64,000 bases of DNA, from positions 118-64,117 of the forward strand of contig JADHWA010000001.1 in the NCBI GenBank assembly GCA_016783715.1. Direction: 5' to 3'. Source of the DNA: Candidatus Omnitrophota bacterium. GTDB taxonomy: Bacteria; Omnitrophota; Gorgyraeia; Gygaellales; Profunditerraquicolaceae. The notes under the pieces are model-generated. The model searched no databases. It saw nothing but the letters and a program-made list of their open reading frames with translations, and was not told the DNA's origin. The translations under genes and the position numbers were made by a program. Shown here piece by piece: positions 59,433 through 64,000 of this stretch (positions are counted from its first letter, which is position 1; every line of letters starts with the position of its first letter).

Positions 59433-60173
59433 TTATAATCCTTCCCTGGTCAGAGACTCTCTTACTCTATCCAGGTCTCCGGGGGTATCTACTCCGATGG
59501 TATCGTATTTAGTCTCTACTACTTTGATCCTGAAACCTTCCTCTAATACCCGCAGCTGCTCAAGAGACTCTGTGCCCTCCAAGTTTGAAGGCGGAAGATT
59601 CTTGTAAATAAAAAGAAAATCTTTGGTGTAGGCGTAAATGCCGATATGCTTATAGTAAACAGGCGTTGTAATCTCCGGACCCTCAGCATGATAAGGGATC
59701 TTAGCCCGGGAGAAATATAAGGCAAAGTTATTTTTATCTACTACTACTTTGACCGTATGCGGGTCATCTAAAGCAAAGGAATTGTCTATTCTTTTCATAA
59801 TCGTCGACATCGAAACCTCTTTATCCTCAAGCAAGGCCCGCGCTGCCATATCAATCATCGTCGGATGTACCAGGGGTTCATCGCCCTGGATATTGACTAC
59901 AATCTTAACATCCAGAGGATTAACAACTTCGATTATCCTGTCAGTGCCGCAGGTATGCCCTTTTGCGGTCAGCACGGCTTTGGCGCCGAAACCCCAGGCA
60001 GCCTCTGCTACACGTTCATCATCACAGGCGATAATTACATCATCTAAGATCTGCGACTGCTTGGTGCGCTCCCAGACATGCTGAATCATCGGTTTACCGA
60101 GAATCTCGGCCAAGACTTTGCCTTCAAAGCGACTGGAAGAGTATCTTGCCGGTATTACACCAATAACATCCAT
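59433..60173 (-). CDS. kdsB: 3-deoxy-manno-octulosonate cytidylyltransferase
   Basis: IGVIPARYSSSRFEGK. Confidence 0.9.
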   Translation of the reverse strand: MDVIGVIPARYSSSRFEGKVLAEILGKPMIQHVWERTKQSQILDDVIIACDDERVAEAAWGFGAKAVLTAKGHTCGTDRIIEVVNPLDVKIVVNIQGDEPLVHPTMIDMAARALLEDKEVSMSTIMKRIDNSFALDDPHTVKVVVDKNNFALYFSRAKIPYHAEGPEITTPVYYKHIGIYAYTKDFLFIYKNLPPSNLEGTESLEQLRVLEEGFRIKVVETKYDTIGVDTPGDLDRVRESLTREGL

Positions 60174-60175
60174 AA

Positions 60176-61198
60176 TTATTTAGCTTTAATCGCCGTTAGT
60201 AATTCGCTGCGGCTGGCTGTTGCGGTACCCAGCTTTCCTACTACGATGCCTGCCGCAAGGTTGGCCAGATAAGCTGCCTCCTGCTTCCCTGCGCCGCAGG
60301 CAAGAGCCAGAGAGAAAACTGAGACCACCGTATCCCCCGCACCGGAAACATCATAGACCTCCTGTGCCATGGTGGGAATATGAATAGATTTATTGCTCTT
60401 CTTCTCTAACAGAAGCATACCTTCCTCGCCTAGAGTAACCAGAAGCGATTCTAATCCCAGATAATTAATTATCTCTTTTGCTGCCCGATTAATATCCCTG
60501 GCTGTAGAGAGCCGGTCATTATCCGCCCGGAAAGAATTACTCCTGTCTTTGATCTTCAAATTCCTTACCGCGTTCTCCAGCTCCTTGCGGTTAGGAGTAA
60601 TCGCGGTGACCCCGCGATAAAATTGGAAGTGATCCTCTTTGGGGTCTACGATGATAATCTTCTTGGCGCCTGTGGCCAGGGCAGTTATCTCTTTAAGCAG
60701 CTGGGCATTGACTACACCCTTACCGTAATCTTCGATTATCAGAGAATCGAAATTTTTTATGCTCTTTTTTACAAAATCGATGATCTTTCGGTTTAGTGCA
60801 GCAGAAAGAGATCTTGTATGCTCCCAGTCTACCCTTACCACCTGCTGATGCCCGGCAATAATCCGAGTCTTTAGCGTTGTTGGTCGTCCGGCTTCACTAA
60901 AGATACCGTTTGTTCTAATCTTATTCTTACGCAGCTGAGCAACTAAAGATGCAGCCTTTTCGTCTCTGCCGATAACCCCTGCGAGAGAAACGTTCCCTCC
61001 GAGCGACCGGATATTATAAGCGACGTTTGCCGCACCTCCGGGGACGAAGGTGCTTTTGTTAGCCCAGACTATCGGTACCGGCGCTTCCGGAGAGATCCTT
61101 TCTACATTACCGATAATATACTCATCAAGGATCAAATCTCCGATTACCAGAACCTTTGCTTTATTAAATTTACGAACAATTCTTTCTAGATTCTTCAT
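60176..61198 (-). CDS. hldE: D-glycero-beta-D-manno-heptose 7-phosphate kinase (HldE/RfaE domain I only)
   Basis: ribokinase-like, VLVIGDLILDEY..PGGAANVA; no adenylyltransferase domain fused. Confidence 0.8.
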   Translation of the reverse strand: MKNLERIVRKFNKAKVLVIGDLILDEYIIGNVERISPEAPVPIVWANKSTFVPGGAANVAYNIRSLGGNVSLAGVIGRDEKAASLVAQLRKNKIRTNGIFSEAGRPTTLKTRIIAGHQQVVRVDWEHTRSLSAALNRKIIDFVKKSIKNFDSLIIEDYGKGVVNAQLLKEITALATGAKKIIIVDPKEDHFQFYRGVTAITPNRKELENAVRNLKIKDRSNSFRADNDRLSTARDINRAAKEIINYLGLESLLVTLGEEGMLLLEKKSNKSIHIPTMAQEVYDVSGAGDTVVSVFSLALACGAGKQEAAYLANLAAGIVVGKLGTATASRSELLTAIKAK

Positions 61199-62124
61199 AT
61201 CCTCTCGATGATTGCCTGCGCCAATAAGGGCAACATAATCTCATGGTGGCCGACGATATAATAACCCCTGCCCAAGGGAGCCACCGGCCGCCGCACGATA
61301 TTCTCTGCCGGACGATAATGATAGATCATATCGAAATTTGCCGCGGTGAAATCCTTTACCGGAAACCCCAGATTGCGCGCCAGATTCAATGCCTTTAAAA
61401 ATACCTCCGGCAGGATTACCGCTGAGCCGAAATTTAATACCACGCCGCCCTTGTTAAGTTTGATTACATTTTCGGTCAAGATCTTAAAATCTCTAAGACT
61501 CCCCTCGCCGGTCAAGCTGGCATCAAAAGACGGATGCTGATGAATAATATCAGTGCCGATTCCCACATGGACAGTGACCGGTACCTTAAATTTAGCGGCA
61601 TTATAAAGGAGGCTCAGGCTCTTATGGGGGAGTTTTGCCGTGGAGATCCTTGAGGCAACCGCATATCCCAGGCCTAAACCATCTTCGACCCCATCTCTGG
61701 CTGCAGTATTGATAAAGACAGCGGTTTCCTTACCCATCCCGAACTTACCATGTTTCAGGTTCCCAGCCACATCTTCGGATGTCTTACCCGCAAAGGCAAG
61801 CTCGAAATCATGGATAATCCCAGCACCATTTAAGGCGATGCAGGTGATTACTTTCTTCTTAATCAGCTCTATGAGTAGCGGATTTAAACCGCATTTGATC
61901 ACATGCGCCCCGCACATAAAGATCACTGATTTCTTCTTCCTGCGGGCAGCGACTATCGCATCTACAATCGCGCGTATCTCCTTTGTTTTTAGGATGTTTG
62001 GTAAAGAATTATAGAATTTCGCAAAACTACTCCTTCTAACAGGTAGTTTAGCAAAATCACTCACTTTTACCTTGCTGTAGCGGGACTTTACCGAATATGT
62101 CTTGACTCTGTTAATATTGATCAT
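61195..62124 (-). CDS. deoxyhypusine-synthase-like (DHS-fold) protein of unknown function heading the LPS-core operon
   Basis: IFMCGAHVIKCGL..NGAGIIHDFE pattern resembles the DHS family; weak; start set to the ATG at 62124. Confidence 0.4.
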   Translation of the reverse strand: MININRVKTYSVKSRYSKVKVSDFAKLPVRRSSFAKFYNSLPNILKTKEIRAIVDAIVAARRKKKSVIFMCGAHVIKCGLNPLLIELIKKKVITCIALNGAGIIHDFELAFAGKTSEDVAGNLKHGKFGMGKETAVFINTAARDGVEDGLGLGYAVASRISTAKLPHKSLSLLYNAAKFKVPVTVHVGIGTDIIHQHPSFDASLTGEGSLRDFKILTENVIKLNKGGVVLNFGSAVILPEVFLKALNLARNLGFPVKDFTAANFDMIYHYRPAENIVRRPVAPLGRGYYIVGHHEIMLPLLAQAIIERI

Positions 62125-62135
62125 CAGAATCACCA

Positions 62136-62236
62136 ATTATAACACAACTCTGTTTAAAAACAAATGGATATTTACGCAAGAAGCCTGCTTAAAAAAACCA
62201 CACCCATAGTATCTTTTATAACCGCTTTTCTGTCAA
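62136..62236 (-). promoter_or_regulatory. candidate promoters for the LPS-core operon: extended -10 TGTTATAAT just upstream of the ATG, and TTGACA-17-GATACT about 75 nt upstream
   Basis: hexamers read on the minus strand. Confidence 0.3.
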
Positions 62237-62347
62237 GAGGTATTGATATATTCGCGGCGTCGGAACCGATCCCTTCAGGGTGAGATAACGCCACTGTGTA
62301 TCAACCCTTGAAAAACCGAGAAAACCCGTTGGCTTGTTTATACTTAC

Positions 62348-64000
62348 CTACAAAATGCCCTCTGCTATCTTAAGGAGATCATCAACTGTAACCGCCTTTA
62401 AACACTCAAAGCCCTTCAAGCAATTGTGCGCCAGACAATGGCTGCAACCTACATCTTTATGCAAGAAATACCCCCTGCTGCCGACCGGGCCCCAGCGCTG
62501 CGGGCTTAAACCCCTCTGGGCACGCCCAAAGATAGAGATCACCGGCACCCCGACTGCCGAGGCGATATGCACAGGACCTGAATCATTGGAGATAAATAGA
62601 CTTGCCCTTTTTAAGACGCTGGCTAACTGGCTTACTGATGTCATACCGGCTAGATCAATTGCCCGTACATGCATACGCCTGGTAACCCGCGCGGCCACAG
62701 CGGTATCTTTGGCCCCGGCGACAATTATAACCTTCAGGCCGTATCTCTTGCTCAAGTTATCTGCCACCTCGGAGAATCGCCCTGCCGACCAGACCTTTGA
62801 AGGACAGCTTGCACCGGGATGGATCACCAATATTTTATCTTTGGCGGTAACCTTCTCTCTGCTCAATAACTCCCTTAACCACGCTTGGGAGGTCTCTTTG
62901 ATCGGCATATACAACTGCCTATCTTTGGCCTCTATACCAAGGCGCCTCAATAAATCCAGGTTATAATCTAACTCGTGTTTCTGGCCAAATTGCTTAAGAT
63001 GCCTGACTCTCTCTGTAAGCAGCCATCCCAGCTTGCGATTCCAACCTACCCTCCTCTTGATCCCGGCGAAGAATGTCACCAGGTGCATGCGGTTAGTCGG
63101 ATGGAGAATAACCGCAGCATCGAACCTCTTCTTCTTAAGGGCCCGGGCGAACTTCATTGAATTATACCAGCTTTTATGTAAGGCAAACTTATCATAAATT
63201 ATAACTTCATCCAGATAGGGATTCCCGTCGACTATATCCCTGGCGCCGGGGGCGACAATCATCGCAATATAGGCATGAGGATACTCATCCCTTAGGCTCT
63301 TAATCACCGGAGTGGATAATACCACGTCTCCGAGCCTGTCTGTCCTGACGATCAAGATTCTTTCTAGGCGCATCTTTTTCCCAGCAGGCACTCCTGGGGA
63401 CTCTTCTAAAAAATTACCTGAGGCCCCCAACATCCTCTTTGCGACTACAATCACATCCCGGGTCTTGACTGCAGCAATACAATTCAGGGTACCGAGGCGG
63501 CATTGGGCTTTTTCACACGGCCGGCAGAAAACCTCCTTCTTGACCAGAGAGGAGTAATCCGACCAGGGGCCGTATTTTTTTTCGTTAGTAGCGCCAAAGA
63601 CTGCCAACACCGGCAGATTCATATAGCTGCCCATGTGGAGTGCGGCACTATCATTGGTAATCAGAAGATTGGCCCGCTGCAACAGATATGCCAACTCGGC
63701 CAGATTAGTCCTGCCGCAGAGGTCGATCACCGGATAGCCGCAGTGCCGCCTGATGTACTCTGCGATTGACGAGTCATTTTTGTCGCCGACTAAGGCTACA
63801 CTTACCGCCAACTCTTTTATCAATAAAAAGATAAGCTCGGCAAACTTATCCTTTGACCATCTCTTAATATGACTCCTTGCCCCCACTGAGACCACAACTA
63901 ACCTGCCGGAAGGCTTGATTCGGCTATCGGCAAGAAGATTATTAACGCGTAACTTATCCTCAGGCCCGATAAAAAGGCTGGTCTCCCTGATATCACCCCG
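62348..64000 (-). CDS. tandem GT9 heptosyltransferase (ADP-heptose:LPS heptosyltransferase domains fused; 5'-partial, continues past the window end)
   Basis: complete GT9 from the internal MRLERILIVRTDRLGDVV (ATG 63373), preceded in frame with no stop by the C-terminal half of another GT9 that reads open to 64000. Confidence 0.7.
   Translation of the reverse strand, partial: RGDIRETSLFIGPEDKLRVNNLLADSRIKPSGRLVVVSVGARSHIKRWSKDKFAELIFLLIKELAVSVALVGDKNDSSIAEYIRRHCGYPVIDLCGRTNLAELAYLLQRANLLITNDSAALHMGSYMNLPVLAVFGATNEKKYGPWSDYSSLVKKEVFCRPCEKAQCRLGTLNCIAAVKTRDVIVVAKRMLGASGNFLEESPGVPAGKKMRLERILIVRTDRLGDVVLSTPVIKSLRDEYPHAYIAMIVAPGARDIVDGNPYLDEVIIYDKFALHKSWYNSMKFARALKKKRFDAAVILHPTNRMHLVTFFAGIKRRVGWNRKLGWLLTERVRHLKQFGQKHELDYNLDLLRRLGIEAKDRQLYMPIKETSQAWLRELLSREKVTAKDKILVIHPGASCPSKVWSAGRFSEVADNLSKRYGLKVIIVAGAKDTAVAARVTRRMHVRAIDLAGMTSVSQLASVLKRASLFISNDSGPVHIASAVGVPVISIFGRAQRGLSPQRWGPVGSRGYFLHKDVGCSHCLAHNCLKGFECLKAVTVDDLLKIAEGIL

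Overview
The window is a 64 kb chromosomal segment of a diderm (LPS-making) anaerobic bacterium of unknown lineage. About 60 genes lie on it and every one is on the minus strand. All annotation is by eye; no searches were run.

Gene content:
- Housekeeping genes make up most of the window: a partial trp operon (trpG-D-C-F), murA, prmC-prfA-rpmE-rho-coaE, glgA and polA.
- The tRNA-modification, ribosomal and RNA genes present are trmD-rplS-rnhB-yraN, tgt-queA with queH nearby, ruvB, scpA, trpS, infB-nusA-rimP-proS, ispG-rseP-dxr-cdsA-uppS, purA, serC-like/serA, and clpP-tig.
- An LPS export and Kdo/heptose operon is present (lptB, lptA/C, kdsC, kdsD, kdsA, kdsB, hldE kinase domain, tandem GT9 heptosyltransferase).
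- A Wood-Ljungdahl block, fhs-fchA-folD-metF-cooS-cooF-FAD/NAD oxidoreductase-acsB, follows yraN directly with no intergenic gap.

The most unusual material is non-coding:
- A modular family of stem-loop intergenic repeat elements (about 110 bp and about 175 bp) fills whole stop-to-start spacers at eight or more loci. Its stems show compensatory substitutions. At one locus a 31-bp copy of the clpP 3' end is duplicated around a 100-bp element, and at another the element supplies the C-terminus of proS.
- A second element built on GATTACACAGATTA occurs at three loci.
- A 68-bp periodic operator-like array lies upstream of a TPR gene.
- A 37-bp tandem repeat spans the prfA/prmC junction.
- Heptamer microsatellites lie inside prmC (5 copies) and at codons 5-13 of a nucleotidase-like gene.
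- A telomere-like heptamer hairpin lies between the serC-like gene and serA.

No rRNA, tRNA or CRISPR was found.
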